This document shows, piece after piece, positions 37,445 to 47,595 of a stretch of DNA of 64,000 bases (positions are counted from its first letter, which is position 1; every line of letters starts with the position of its first letter). Both the position numbers and the translations under genes were made by a program. The notes beneath the pieces are model-generated. The model saw nothing but the letters and a program-made list of their open reading frames with translations, searched no databases and was not told the DNA's origin. The DNA lies in IMG/VR virus record IMGVR_UViG_3300010938_000951, positions 124,001-188,000 of that record; one strand, 5' to 3'.

Positions 37445-38637
37445 AACTTCCTATATAACGATAACGTTCTTGGTAAAGGATAACTATCTACCCTTTTTAC
37501 TAACTCACAGCCGTGGTCGATAAAAAGGCGCTCATATGTTGGCATATCATCAATATCTTCTATTAAGATGTATTCGTTAGAAATACTTAACAAAGTCTTA
37601 ACAAAATCAGAAGGGCTAATTACATCTTTAATATGATGTACAATAGCTAATGCCAACACCAAATCTGATTTGTATCTGTCGGTCTCAAACCACTTATTAT
37701 CACGAATGGATTCTATAGTTTTTACAGCAAATATTGCTGGTAATTTAAACTGCCGATTAAATCCATAAGCCATATCTATACATGCTGAAACTAAATCAAA
37801 ACCTATAACAGATTTTGCTTTTTTAGCTGACAAAAAACTATAGTATCCTTTATTGCACGCTACATCTGTTACAGTTTCATAATCCAATTCTTGTAGTATA
37901 TTAGCTATATTAATGCCTTTAACTTGTAGTGATTCTGGATGATCAATGTCCATTGTATTAGAATAATTTTCTGACCAATGAGATTTATCTAAAGTAACTG
38001 GTATGTCACTTATAGCTTGGGCCAATTCTAACCAGGCTTCGGGTGTTGTATAGTCTTTCTCAATAAATGAGGTTAATATATCATTTGTATTTTTAATATC
38101 ATCAAGGCATAATTCATAGGCATTACATTGTGTAGATTTTAAAACCCACCTACGTACTAAATAACTAGTTAAAACAAAAGCAATAATAGAATTTTCTGGA
38201 GTATTCTCAAATATACCACCATAATCTAGCCATTTGAAACCATCAATTGTTTGAACTGCGTTAGATTCTTGTATATCTCTAGCTATTAAACCATGCTTAA
38301 CTAATTCAGAATTAAGTTTACAAATATTAGCAATGAATTCTTTGGCGTATGTTATTGGTAATTCTTGGATCCTGATATGATGTTTGTATATTGTGTGTTC
38401 ATACACCGGCATAATATCATCAGAGCCATCTATACCTGTAAAATCCAACATAAATTCTGTTGGTGTAGCCGTTTGTATGGCAGGTATATTTGATGATAAT
38501 ATTTTATTAAAAATGGTAAACATACTTAAGTTGTATGACCTTAATAATCTGCCCTGATACCAAAATAATGGACAACATAACTCAGAAGAAGCAATATGTC
38601 TAGATATATCGTTTAATGTCAAAACTTGTTTAGACAT
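37441..38637 (-). CDS. SAM-dependent methyltransferase domain protein
   Basis: C-terminal DVACNKGYYS, LALAIVHH. Confidence 0.7.
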   Translation of the reverse strand: MSKQVLTLNDISRHIASSELCCPLFWYQGRLLRSYNLSMFTIFNKILSSNIPAIQTATPTEFMLDFTGIDGSDDIMPVYEHTIYKHHIRIQELPITYAKEFIANICKLNSELVKHGLIARDIQESNAVQTIDGFKWLDYGGIFENTPENSIIAFVLTSYLVRRWVLKSTQCNAYELCLDDIKNTNDILTSFIEKDYTTPEAWLELAQAISDIPVTLDKSHWSENYSNTMDIDHPESLQVKGINIANILQELDYETVTDVACNKGYYSFLSAKKAKSVIGFDLVSACIDMAYGFNRQFKLPAIFAVKTIESIRDNKWFETDRYKSDLVLALAIVHHIKDVISPSDFVKTLLSISNEYILIEDIDDMPTYERLFIDHGCELVKRVDSYPLPRTLSLYRKL

Positions 38638-39757
38638 TAATGCTCCTTATATATTCATTTGTTGTATCAATAATATATTGTTGTTCTGCTGCAGTTAATT
38701 CTGGATAGCTTGGTAAAATAAAACATTCTTTATTAAGCAAATCAGCAGTGATACAGCTAACTAATTCAACATCAGGATTATTTCTAAGATGATCATGATT
38801 ATATATTGAATAAAACATTGGTCTAATCTCTATGCCTCGGCTGTTAAAGAAATTTTGGGCATCGTTATATGATTGTTGTCCAATTACACGAATTCCAAAC
38901 ATCCAATTGGCATTAGCCGTATTTTCTTCATGAAGTTGTATTCTAACTTCATTACGATCTTTGAATGCATTTCGATAGTTTTCAAACAAGTCTCTTTTCA
39001 AAGATAATATTTCTTGTAAATGTTCTAGTTGGCCATATAGGATAGCTGCTTGAATATTAGTCATTCGATAATTATAGCCAAGTTCTTTATGAATAAATCT
39101 TGTGCTAGATTGACCTTGTCCTTGTACACATTTAGCATATTCATAAGCATCATCTGTTTGTGTTATAAAGGCACCGCCCTCACCACTTGTAATATTTTTA
39201 TTCCCAAAGAATGAGACAGCAGAAGAAAATCCGGCACGACCAGTTGCTAATCCTCCATAACCACCTAAAAATCCTTCACAATTATCTTCTACAAAATAAG
39301 TTGAAGGAAATTTTTCCTGAAGCTTTGGTACATTGATAACATTTCCAATGTTATGTACAATTAAAACATCTGCATCTGGATTATTAGTAATAGCTGTTTC
39401 TAGGCTGCTTATATCAACATTCCATGTATCCAAATTAGCATCTACTGGAATTAAATGATAGTTGTTATCAAATAAAAAGGCGTTCCAAGCAGCAACATAA
39501 ACATTATTTGGTACTATTATTTTCTTTTTCTGTCCCAATAGTGGTGGCCTAGCTCTATATAAGGTTTTAGCTACTAAATGACAAGCGCTAGTACCATTAT
39601 TGAGAGGCAAGACATATGGTGTATGTAATAAATCCTGTAACCTCTCTGTTACTAATGATAAATATCTTCCTTGGGAAGATATCCAGGTAGAATCTAATGC
39701 ATCATGCGCATATTGAAGTGAATTTGGCGGCAGATATGGTTTATATACTGGAATCAT
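38630..39757 (-). CDS. DegT/DnrJ/EryC1/StrS aminotransferase (GDP-perosamine synthase-like)
   Basis: WISSQG, NGTSACHL, EDNCE, SFFGNKNITSGEGG, GYNYRMTNIQAA. Confidence 0.92.
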   Translation of the reverse strand: MIPVYKPYLPPNSLQYAHDALDSTWISSQGRYLSLVTERLQDLLHTPYVLPLNNGTSACHLVAKTLYRARPPLLGQKKKIIVPNNVYVAAWNAFLFDNNYHLIPVDANLDTWNVDISSLETAITNNPDADVLIVHNIGNVINVPKLQEKFPSTYFVEDNCEGFLGGYGGLATGRAGFSSAVSFFGNKNITSGEGGAFITQTDDAYEYAKCVQGQGQSSTRFIHKELGYNYRMTNIQAAILYGQLEHLQEILSLKRDLFENYRNAFKDRNEVRIQLHEENTANANWMFGIRVIGQQSYNDAQNFFNSRGIEIRPMFYSIYNHDHLRNNPDVELVSCITADLLNKECFILPSYPELTAAEQQYIIDTTNEYIRSINV

Positions 39758-40575
39758 AGATAATGTCCTAGTGCTGTTATAAAAAGTTCCCAGTTTTTAG
39801 TAATTGTAGCGTTGGAATATATTTTACCATCAAATACTAAATTGGCTACGAGATCGTCATCATATCTATAACCAACAACATTGGCTACTGCTGTTGCTAG
39901 ACAAAATCCACCGCCTATACCAAAATTTATTACAACTGCTGCTTGGTTCATAATCGAACAATCATGTTGTATATTTTTAATATCAGGAGTGGTGATTCCT
40001 AAGGCTGGGACAGTTAAATCTAAAAGACGCTCCTTGGGAACATTATTAAGTATATGCGGATATAAGCTGTAGATATACTCTTGGGTATAATACATATACT
40101 CTTCATTCATTTCTATAACTCTCTCACCTAATATTACTATTAAGTATTTTTGTGAAAGCTGATTAAGTACCGTCCAAAATTCTCTTATTGAATTATCTAG
40201 AAGATTATGCGGAAGAGAACGTATTTTCGTATTAATGACGATGTATGGCTCTTTGAGGTTTAAAGAATATCCGTCACATAACAAGTGGGCTAATTCAGGC
40301 TTTTGTGGCATTATACGATGAGCAGTAACAAACTCCGATAAACTACAAAATGGAAATGATTGATCACATAATTTGTAAGGCTCTTCATTAAATAATAGCT
40401 TTCCAAATTCATCAAGAAAATCATTATATTTTGATTCTTTTTTGTATTTATCTATTAGCTCTCTATGAAAAGTAAGATTGATCTCAGAAAAATTATGTTT
40501 GACTGGCTCAAGCATTGCTTTTATATAGATTAAATCCCCTAAACCAATGGGTATGTTGGCATTTAGTTTTTTCAT
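39754..40575 (-). CDS. Hypothetical protein (possible glycosyltransferase fold)
   Basis: IGLGDL N-terminus; operon context. Confidence 0.55.
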   Translation of the reverse strand: MKKLNANIPIGLGDLIYIKAMLEPVKHNFSEINLTFHRELIDKYKKESKYNDFLDEFGKLLFNEEPYKLCDQSFPFCSLSEFVTAHRIMPQKPELAHLLCDGYSLNLKEPYIVINTKIRSLPHNLLDNSIREFWTVLNQLSQKYLIVILGERVIEMNEEYMYYTQEYIYSLYPHILNNVPKERLLDLTVPALGITTPDIKNIQHDCSIMNQAAVVINFGIGGGFCLATAVANVVGYRYDDDLVANLVFDGKIYSNATITKNWELFITALGHYL

Positions 40576-40630
40576 TATATTATAGAGAGATGCGCTATTA
40601 GTGCAAGCATTGCCTTATAAATATGATACC

Positions 40631-40936
40631 TTAATACGTTTTATGTTGGTCTTGTATAAATGACCCGTCGTTAAGGTCTTTACCATTAAGAGCTGCGCTA
40701 ATCATTTCCGCAATTTTTTTATCAACTTCCAATATCATTGCCTGTCTTTGCACATTCAAATCGGTAGCTTTTTTGAAAGTATTGTATAGTTTTTGCATAC
40801 CTTCTTCTGTTCCAAAATTAGCTTTGAATTCTTCAAAAGTCATCCTTCTAATAACATACAACTCATCCTGTACTAAGAACATTTTTTGATTTACCGTTGC
40901 CAATTTGTCTATTAATGATCCAATTGTATCAGCCAT
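40631..40936 (-). CDS. DUF4254-like hypothetical protein
   Basis: TIGSLIDKL, DLNVQR. Confidence 0.55.
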   Translation of the reverse strand: MADTIGSLIDKLATVNQKMFLVQDELYVIRRMTFEEFKANFGTEEGMQKLYNTFKKATDLNVQRQAMILEVDKKIAEMISAALNGKDLNDGSFIQDQHKTY

Positions 40937-41555
40937 TCTTTTTCTCCAGTTTTCTAGCAGGAACCCCTACATATATCCCACTTTCTACTATATCTTTTGA
41001 CACACAAGCGCTGGCCCCAATAGTTACATCGCTACAAATAGAGATATCTTCTACTGTTGAAGAGTTAGTTCCCATATATACTTTATCTCCGGCTATAACT
41101 TTTCCACTAACATGAACACCAGGAGCAGTAGTAAAAAAATCACCAGTTTGAACATCATGACCAATAGTTGTGGCCAAATTAAGTTGAGCAAAATTGCCCA
41201 TTTTAATATCACATGTTAAAATGCAGTTAGCGCAAATTACCGAACCATATCCCACTACAATAGTGGGATCCATTAAATTGGCCTTTGGATGAACTAAAGT
41301 TGCAAACACTTCTAGTCCATGAGTTTCAATAATGTTTTTAACAATTTTTTCTCGTAATTTGGGGCTACCAACAGCTACAACAGCTAAGTGTTGAGATGGA
41401 TCAAAATAATTTTCATCTTTAACTGGTGTGCCATGATAGTCTTCACCAGCATGGATATCAATGAAAGCGTCAACTACATATCCACATTGTTGAGCTAACC
41501 AAAATACTTCTTTAGCAAAGCCGCCAGCCCCAAAGATACAAATAGTTTTAGACAT
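40929..41555 (-). CDS. Sugar N/O-acetyltransferase (NeuD/PglD/PerB family)
   Basis: GAGGFAKE, AVGSP, hexapeptide repeats, IGHD, YVGVPA. Confidence 0.92.
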   Translation of the reverse strand: MSKTICIFGAGGFAKEVFWLAQQCGYVVDAFIDIHAGEDYHGTPVKDENYFDPSQHLAVVAVGSPKLREKIVKNIIETHGLEVFATLVHPKANLMDPTIVVGYGSVICANCILTCDIKMGNFAQLNLATTIGHDVQTGDFFTTAPGVHVSGKVIAGDKVYMGTNSSTVEDISICSDVTIGASACVSKDIVESGIYVGVPARKLEKKNG

Positions 41556-42468
41556 TGAGATTCCTTTCTATTAATTCCTCTATGACAATAGGATTATTGC
41601 TGCCCGATACAGTTACTCTTGATGAGTAATTAATTTTATCTCTGAATAATTCTGATAACCAAAATGTATTATCTTTGATCGGTACCATGTTTGAAAAACA
41701 TACTAAATTTTTAGGTTTGTTAAACAAATTATCCTGAATAAATGAAAATGTAAATGCTCCAGAAGCTCTACCAATAATAGTATCACAATATGTACTTATA
41801 AAAGCATTTTCATTTAAATCAAAACCATTCTTATTGATAAGTGAAGACGAATATATTATATTAGGATATTTGGTTGGATCAAATCCGGGCTCATGATTAG
41901 TAAAAATAAAAGTAAAGCCGTGGTACTTGTTTGCTAATTTTGATATTACTGGTAACATAGGAAAGTTGTCTGCTTGACCAGACTGCGCATAGCCATTGGC
42001 AACTAATACTAGGGGGCCAGTATTATTGTCTAATATCTTTTTAGCATGTTCAATTTCATATTTTGAAAAATCTATTTTAGGAAACCATTTTGAAGGATCG
42101 GGCTCAATATCTGATAAAGTAAAACCAAAATGTGTTTTGCATAATTCATCAAATATAACGTATAGACAATCAAAAGTAATACCATATGTATTCATATAAT
42201 GAAAACGTTTTTGTGCATACCATGTGTTAATGTACATAGTATCACCTCTGATAAATGTACCTTCATGTTCGTGCCAATTAAGAGGGTATTGATTATATCC
42301 TATTCCAGGTATGTCTGCAATACAGTTTGCATTGTTTCTATGTGAGTATGAAATATTCACTCCTGGAAATTTTTTACTAAATGCCATAGATAGTTTTCTG
42401 ACAAACTCTCTAGATACATGTATGTCGCCATTATGAAAATGGTTGTAGAAAACTATATTTTTATACAT
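41548..42468 (-). CDS. Hypothetical protein (possible glycosyltransferase fold)
   Basis: HNGDIHVSR, IIGRASG; operon context. Confidence 0.55.
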   Translation of the reverse strand: MYKNIVFYNHFHNGDIHVSREFVRKLSMAFSKKFPGVNISYSHRNNANCIADIPGIGYNQYPLNWHEHEGTFIRGDTMYINTWYAQKRFHYMNTYGITFDCLYVIFDELCKTHFGFTLSDIEPDPSKWFPKIDFSKYEIEHAKKILDNNTGPLVLVANGYAQSGQADNFPMLPVISKLANKYHGFTFIFTNHEPGFDPTKYPNIIYSSSLINKNGFDLNENAFISTYCDTIIGRASGAFTFSFIQDNLFNKPKNLVCFSNMVPIKDNTFWLSELFRDKINYSSRVTVSGSNNPIVIEELIERNLNV

Positions 42469-43031
42469 TATAGACTCGAAGTTGGAATAGTTAAATATGG
42501 TTCTGGAACAACATCTGCAAATGTATAGTTGCGTACCCCAGAATTATGAACGTGATATGTTTTGATTGATTTACTTGGGTTGCTAACTGCATAGCCGGCT
42601 TTATGAAATTCATAAGCAATTCTATTATCACAGCCCCTTGTTCCTAAGGTAAAATTACCAAATACATTTTCTACTTTACCTTTAAAAATCCATGTGTCTT
42701 GGCTATCTGGCCTATCAAAAAAACGAACCATAGCATCATTTCCTAACCAATCCCAACGACTTAAAGCATATAATTGTTTGTGTTTTATATTTTCGGCTAA
42801 TGCAATGGTATCATCCAAAAAAATATCCGAATTACAGATAATACTAATGTCTTCTTCATCAACAACTTTATTAATTTGATCAAAAAAGAATTGATACGTT
42901 GGTTTACTAGCAGACTCACAAATGATAGTAGTTATAAACTTGTTATTTAAGTTTCTTTGTAAGCACATATCAATTTCACGTTTGCGAAGAGGGTGTTTAT
43001 CTTCATAGTAATTATAAAATAATCTGATCAT
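42468..43031 (-). CDS. Putative glycosyltransferase-like protein
   Basis: CNSDIF, ALSRW, SQDTWIF, GCDNRIA. Confidence 0.55.
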   Translation of the reverse strand: MIRLFYNYYEDKHPLRKREIDMCLQRNLNNKFITTIICESASKPTYQFFFDQINKVVDEEDISIICNSDIFLDDTIALAENIKHKQLYALSRWDWLGNDAMVRFFDRPDSQDTWIFKGKVENVFGNFTLGTRGCDNRIAYEFHKAGYAVSNPSKSIKTYHVHNSGVRNYTFADVVPEPYLTIPTSSL

Positions 43032-43032
43032 A

Positions 43033-43989
43033 TTACACCAAATGAATTAAATTAGTCATATGCAATAACTCTATGACTCTTGAAGTAAATGTATGTTCTT
43101 TAAGAACTCGTTGATAGCCATTCATACCAACTTGTTTAGCGATATCTGGATTTGCTTTACAATAATTAACAATATCAACTATTTCTTTAGTTGAGCGCGC
43201 AATGAATATTTCTTTACCTTCAATAAAATAACTTTCAAATCCTGGGAAGTGCCATGAAATAGTTGGTCGGCCAGACGCCATACAGGCCAATAATCTGTCT
43301 GAAAAATAATGTGACACACTATTAAAATTACTAATGCTTAACGTACAGACGCTTTGGTTATAGATTTCGTTTGCCATGTACGGAGCTACTGTCGGTGCGG
43401 GCGGCACATATCCAGATCCAAAAAGACCAAAACTTGTACCAAACATACTTCTAAGGGTGTCTACTACTCCAACTCTTAAACTACCATCAGGAAATGTATG
43501 GCCATAATTGTTTGCTAAGAAACTAACATCATATTTGTGAGTTTCTAAATTCATGGGAAAATGTGCTTTAGGATTATACCCAATTTGCCAATACTTAACG
43601 TTATGACAGCCTGCCGCTTTATACATTTCTAATTGACCAGTACTAGAGATAAGAGAGTAATCTACTACATTAGTAATATTTGTAAATTGTGCTTGTGCTT
43701 GTGCTCTAACGTCGCCTGTCCAATTAGTGATTATCACTCCTGGTGAAAGATTGCGGGCCTCTTGTATAATGCTAGCATCTATAATACCAGTGAATTGAAG
43801 CTGCATATGAATTAAATGTGGTTGTAGATTTCTTACTTTTGATAAGAACTCATTATTTACCACTCCCTTGCTGTGTGTTCTGTCCCATAATCCAACAAAA
43901 TCAAATACATCAAGTTTCACGCCAACATTTTCAAAAGCGTCTACCATTCCTGGTTGGCTGCCAATTGGCAAGTAAAGTACTCTTAACAT
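43033..43989 (-). CDS. Glycosyltransferase (GT1-like, CgeB type)
   Basis: YDVSFLANNY, YFSDRLLACMASG. Confidence 0.8.
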   Translation of the reverse strand: MLRVLYLPIGSQPGMVDAFENVGVKLDVFDFVGLWDRTHSKGVVNNEFLSKVRNLQPHLIHMQLQFTGIIDASIIQEARNLSPGVIITNWTGDVRAQAQAQFTNITNVVDYSLISSTGQLEMYKAAGCHNVKYWQIGYNPKAHFPMNLETHKYDVSFLANNYGHTFPDGSLRVGVVDTLRSMFGTSFGLFGSGYVPPAPTVAPYMANEIYNQSVCTLSISNFNSVSHYFSDRLLACMASGRPTISWHFPGFESYFIEGKEIFIARSTKEIVDIVNYCKANPDIAKQVGMNGYQRVLKEHTFTSRVIELLHMTNLIHLV

Positions 43990-45779
43990 TAAACACCTAC
44001 CAATTTTTGTATTGAATCTACTAATCCATTATTATATGATTCGCTAAATTTAGCCGGAGTTTTTGGTATCTCATTTATAAATGTACTTATGGCTTTATGA
44101 ATACTTTCTGATGTAGGATGTGTAGAATTATTTTGAGCAATCATTACTGATCCAATTAAATTAAGGAAGGCTTGATTATTAGTAATAATAGGAAGTGAAA
44201 GCGCACCAGCTAGTTTTAAAATACCAGACATATAATAGGTATTAGTAGAAATATCAATAACAGCTTTAGCGCCCATTAATAGGTTGGAGATACTTTCAAA
44301 AGAAACAGTATCAGATACAAACTCTGCAAATGTTGGTAGCTTGACACGCGAACCAACGATGATTAGTTTACCAAAACGTTCTTCCCAAGATTCTAACAAA
44401 AGGCGCGTGATGTTTTCATCTTTTTCAAAATATAAGAAGTAGTCATATTTGAATGCTTGTACATTAAGCATTGGCCAAGGTTTATCTACTCGAAGGACGT
44501 GAGCTTCGGGAATGGATCTAAGGATCTCTTGAGCATTAATTAAAGAGGGTGTCAAAATAGTTTTACAACTTCTTAGTTTATCAATATGCGATTGTGTTAG
44601 ATTGCCGTTATACCATTCATCAACCCAGACCCTATCTCCGCTTGCTAGGGTGTCTAGTGAACACATGATAATATTTGGCGCTTCCGCAGATTTTTTAAAC
44701 TCAAACATTGCAATAGCTTTAGATGATACAGCAATGTTTGGAAAGAATGGGGCAATTTTACGCAACCATAATCTAGAACTTGGTGAATTGGGAAGAATAA
44801 CCCCCGCATTATCAAAAGTAACGGGCGGTTTAAACGTTTCAGGCGTTAGTAAAGCGAACTCTTTGCTATTACTTAAAACCTTAAAATTTAATGAATCTGG
44901 TGTTGGTTCTTTGTAATTATTTGATAGCAAAGAGCCCGGAACACCAGGGTGTTGTAATCCCTCTGCAACCATACGGGCATGCATTGGTGGTCGAGCTACA
45001 GAGTTAAGTACAGTTGGAACACCAGTATTTTGAATATTAGAGACGAAAGTAGATGGTATATTAGGCGATCCAAAATGGAAAGTTGGGGCAGATGGGGGCT
45101 GTATAACAACGGCTGGTTGAGACCCTACATATGGTAGCATCAATCCGGCTTCATTTTTAACAGCAAACCATATTCTTCTTTTATGAATATTGGTGCTATT
45201 ATCATTTTGGGGAGCCCAATCATATCTATACTCTCCAGAGTTAAACTTAGGGTTATCCATACGTTTAAAACTCATACCGCAATCTGTTAAGACTCGCTCT
45301 ACATATGCGGTACTTGGGCGACAACCGGTGCCATTATAAGATAAGTCATAAACATCTTTGCCTTCTTGGACGGTAACCACTTTATATGGATCATCAGAAT
45401 CCAAAACGGCAGTTTCTAAAACTAGATATGTAGTTGAAGAACAAACAGCTTTTAAATGTTCATCTATTGATGCCAGATGACAAATCAAACCCAAATCTAA
45501 AACCATATCGAATTTGGTTCCAAAAAATGGCCAATTACCTTCTAAATTGGCTCGAACTACTTTAACACCCGGAAATTTTTTAGATACAATTTTGAGGTGA
45601 TCTTGTCTGGCATCTACTGCAGTTATGTCGGCTCCTAGACGATAAAGCGTTCCACTTAAATCTGCATATCCGCAGCCTAAATCAGCAATCTTTTTGCCAT
45701 AAAAAAACTTATAACCATATTGGTCAACAATGCCTTTAATGCGTTTTTGATTCCAATCGAAATATTTTCCGTCAAACAT
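43989..45779 (-). CDS. Class I SAM methyltransferase fused to a probable glycosyltransferase-like domain
   Basis: IADLGCGYA, AVDAR, LGLICH, VLET; Pro-rich linker. Confidence 0.7.
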   Translation of the reverse strand: MFDGKYFDWNQKRIKGIVDQYGYKFFYGKKIADLGCGYADLSGTLYRLGADITAVDARQDHLKIVSKKFPGVKVVRANLEGNWPFFGTKFDMVLDLGLICHLASIDEHLKAVCSSTTYLVLETAVLDSDDPYKVVTVQEGKDVYDLSYNGTGCRPSTAYVERVLTDCGMSFKRMDNPKFNSGEYRYDWAPQNDNSTNIHKRRIWFAVKNEAGLMLPYVGSQPAVVIQPPSAPTFHFGSPNIPSTFVSNIQNTGVPTVLNSVARPPMHARMVAEGLQHPGVPGSLLSNNYKEPTPDSLNFKVLSNSKEFALLTPETFKPPVTFDNAGVILPNSPSSRLWLRKIAPFFPNIAVSSKAIAMFEFKKSAEAPNIIMCSLDTLASGDRVWVDEWYNGNLTQSHIDKLRSCKTILTPSLINAQEILRSIPEAHVLRVDKPWPMLNVQAFKYDYFLYFEKDENITRLLLESWEERFGKLIIVGSRVKLPTFAEFVSDTVSFESISNLLMGAKAVIDISTNTYYMSGILKLAGALSLPIITNNQAFLNLIGSVMIAQNNSTHPTSESIHKAISTFINEIPKTPAKFSESYNNGLVDSIQKLVGV

Positions 45780-45810
45780 TCTTTCTACCTTAACTCTTAT
45801 TGGATTTTAT

Positions 45811-46557
45811 TCACAGTGATGGGTCATTGAATGGAATAAAACATGGTTTAACCCTACTCATATAGGCATAACAATTTTTCTGAAATTTTGTTAAATTATC
45901 TCGGTGTTGTTTGGTCTTAAATTCTCTATATTCTCCAACGTCTAATTCTCCCTCTCCAAAGTGGGATCCTCTTCCTGGTAAATAGCCAATCTCCCATCCT
46001 GCCATTCTTGCTCTAAAATACCAATCAGCATCTTCTTCCCCATACAAACCATAGTCTAAAGTAAAGAATCCAATCTTTTTGTGTAAATCACGATGGAAAA
46101 CAGAACAAGCAGTACCAAGGTTTCCATCTGGTTTTTTCTGGAACGTCTTTCCGTTCCTAGTAACTAAAGGATAATCAGTTCCTTCAAAATTAATACCGAT
46201 GGCCAGTCTGTGATTGTCTTGTATTAAATCAATACATTGACGAAGCCAATCGTAATGAACTTCGATATCATTGTCTATAGTACATAGATATTCTGCTTCT
46301 GGAACAAGTTTATCTGCTAATTGAAGTCCTTGATTTCTTCCTACTGCGATTCCTTTATTTTCCGCATTAAAATGCAAATGGATTTTGGCAGAGTTTTCTT
46401 TAACCATTTCAGATAGCCATTCTTGTGTTCCATCAGTAGATCCATTATCTACAATTATTAATTGATAATGTCCAATTGTATTAGCGAAAAAGCTTTTTAA
46501 CATTCTTTTAGTTAAATCGAGACGGTTGTAGGTTACCATCATAATAGCAGTTGTCAT
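45811..46557 (-). CDS. Glycosyltransferase family 2
   Basis: VTYNR, VDNGSTDGT, GIAVGRN, IDND, YGEEDAD. Confidence 0.92.
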   Translation of the reverse strand: MTTAIMMVTYNRLDLTKRMLKSFFANTIGHYQLIIVDNGSTDGTQEWLSEMVKENSAKIHLHFNAENKGIAVGRNQGLQLADKLVPEAEYLCTIDNDIEVHYDWLRQCIDLIQDNHRLAIGINFEGTDYPLVTRNGKTFQKKPDGNLGTACSVFHRDLHKKIGFFTLDYGLYGEEDADWYFRARMAGWEIGYLPGRGSHFGEGELDVGEYREFKTKQHRDNLTKFQKNCYAYMSRVKPCFIPFNDPSL

Positions 46558-46624
46558 GATATCCTTCCATATAACTTGCTTGCTTTAAGATGCGTAATTT
46601 TCGGTATATAGAAAGAGAAGAGTT

Positions 46625-47086
46625 ATGTCATATAGCGAAAAAGTAATTGATCATGCAGAAAACCCACGAAATGTAGGAACATTGGATAAAAATGATCCAG
46701 ATGTTGGAACTGGTTTGGTTGGAGCGCCAGCTTGTGGTGATGTAATGCGCCTTCAAATAAAAGTGGATCCGGCTACTGAAATCATTATTGATGCAAAGTT
46801 TAAAACTTTTGGATGCGGCTCTGCTATTGCGGCATCTTCACTAGCAACCGAATGGATCAAAGGCAAAAGTATTGATGAGGCAGAAGCACTTAAAAATTCA
46901 GCTATAGTAGAGGAGTTAAGTTTGCCTCCTGTCAAAATTCACTGTAGCGTACTTGCTGAAGACGCCATTAAAAGCGCTATTGCTGATTACCGAGCTAAGA
47001 AAACTATAAAAGAAGAAACTCATGGCACTAATAATTTACGGCAAGACAACATGCCAAATATGCAACAAAACCCTGGACAAGAATGA
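46625..47086 (+). CDS. iscU: Fe-S cluster scaffold IscU
   Basis: NPRNVG, GAPACGDVM, FKTFGCGSAIA, LPPVKIHCSVLAEDA. Confidence 0.97.
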   Translation: MSYSEKVIDHAENPRNVGTLDKNDPDVGTGLVGAPACGDVMRLQIKVDPATEIIIDAKFKTFGCGSAIAASSLATEWIKGKSIDEAEALKNSAIVEELSLPPVKIHCSVLAEDAIKSAIADYRAKKTIKEETHGTNNLRQDNMPNMQQNPGQE

Positions 47087-47507
47087 TGAGATAAAAGCAT
47101 ATCCTGCATTTTTACCTTTTGACCATCGATTTGGTAAATTTTCTGATGCTGCTTTTCACAAGGTTTGTGCTGAGACTGATCCTGATTTTCAAAGTGTAGA
47201 AGATATGTTTTTTGTCTACAAAAAAATTATGGATAGTCGTCCCCGAGATTTGAAATCAATAGAGGAAATTGAAGCTTGGGGTAAAGAGGCATTTCAGGAT
47301 TGGCCTCCTAAAAATGGAGTTGTTATTTATGAACAATGTTTTCCAGAGGATGGTTCCGAGCCAGAATGGTTTTGGGCAGATAAAGACATGTGGGAAGAGT
47401 TTGATGCAGCTATGGATAAAGCTGAAAAAGAGCGCCAAGAACGTATGGATGAGGCGCTCCGAGAAGAAAGAGAAGCTTGGCGTTATGCTAGAGACGATGA
47501 TTGGTAA
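47022..47507 (+). CDS. Hypothetical Zn-finger protein
   Basis: CQIC ... FHKVC. Confidence 0.65.
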   Translation: MALIIYGKTTCQICNKTLDKNDEIKAYPAFLPFDHRFGKFSDAAFHKVCAETDPDFQSVEDMFFVYKKIMDSRPRDLKSIEEIEAWGKEAFQDWPPKNGVVIYEQCFPEDGSEPEWFWADKDMWEEFDAAMDKAEKERQERMDEALREEREAWRYARDDDW

Positions 47508-47595
47508 ATATATTCTTTATGCGAATATGTGGGTTATCATATTAGCCCTACTATACATTTCGCATAGAATTAATGCTACCCCTAAAGATTCGTAA
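47497..47595 (+). CDS. Small membrane peptide (32 aa)
   Basis: MIGKYILYANMWVIILALLYISH... Confidence 0.35.
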   Translation: MIGKYILYANMWVIILALLYISHRINATPKDS

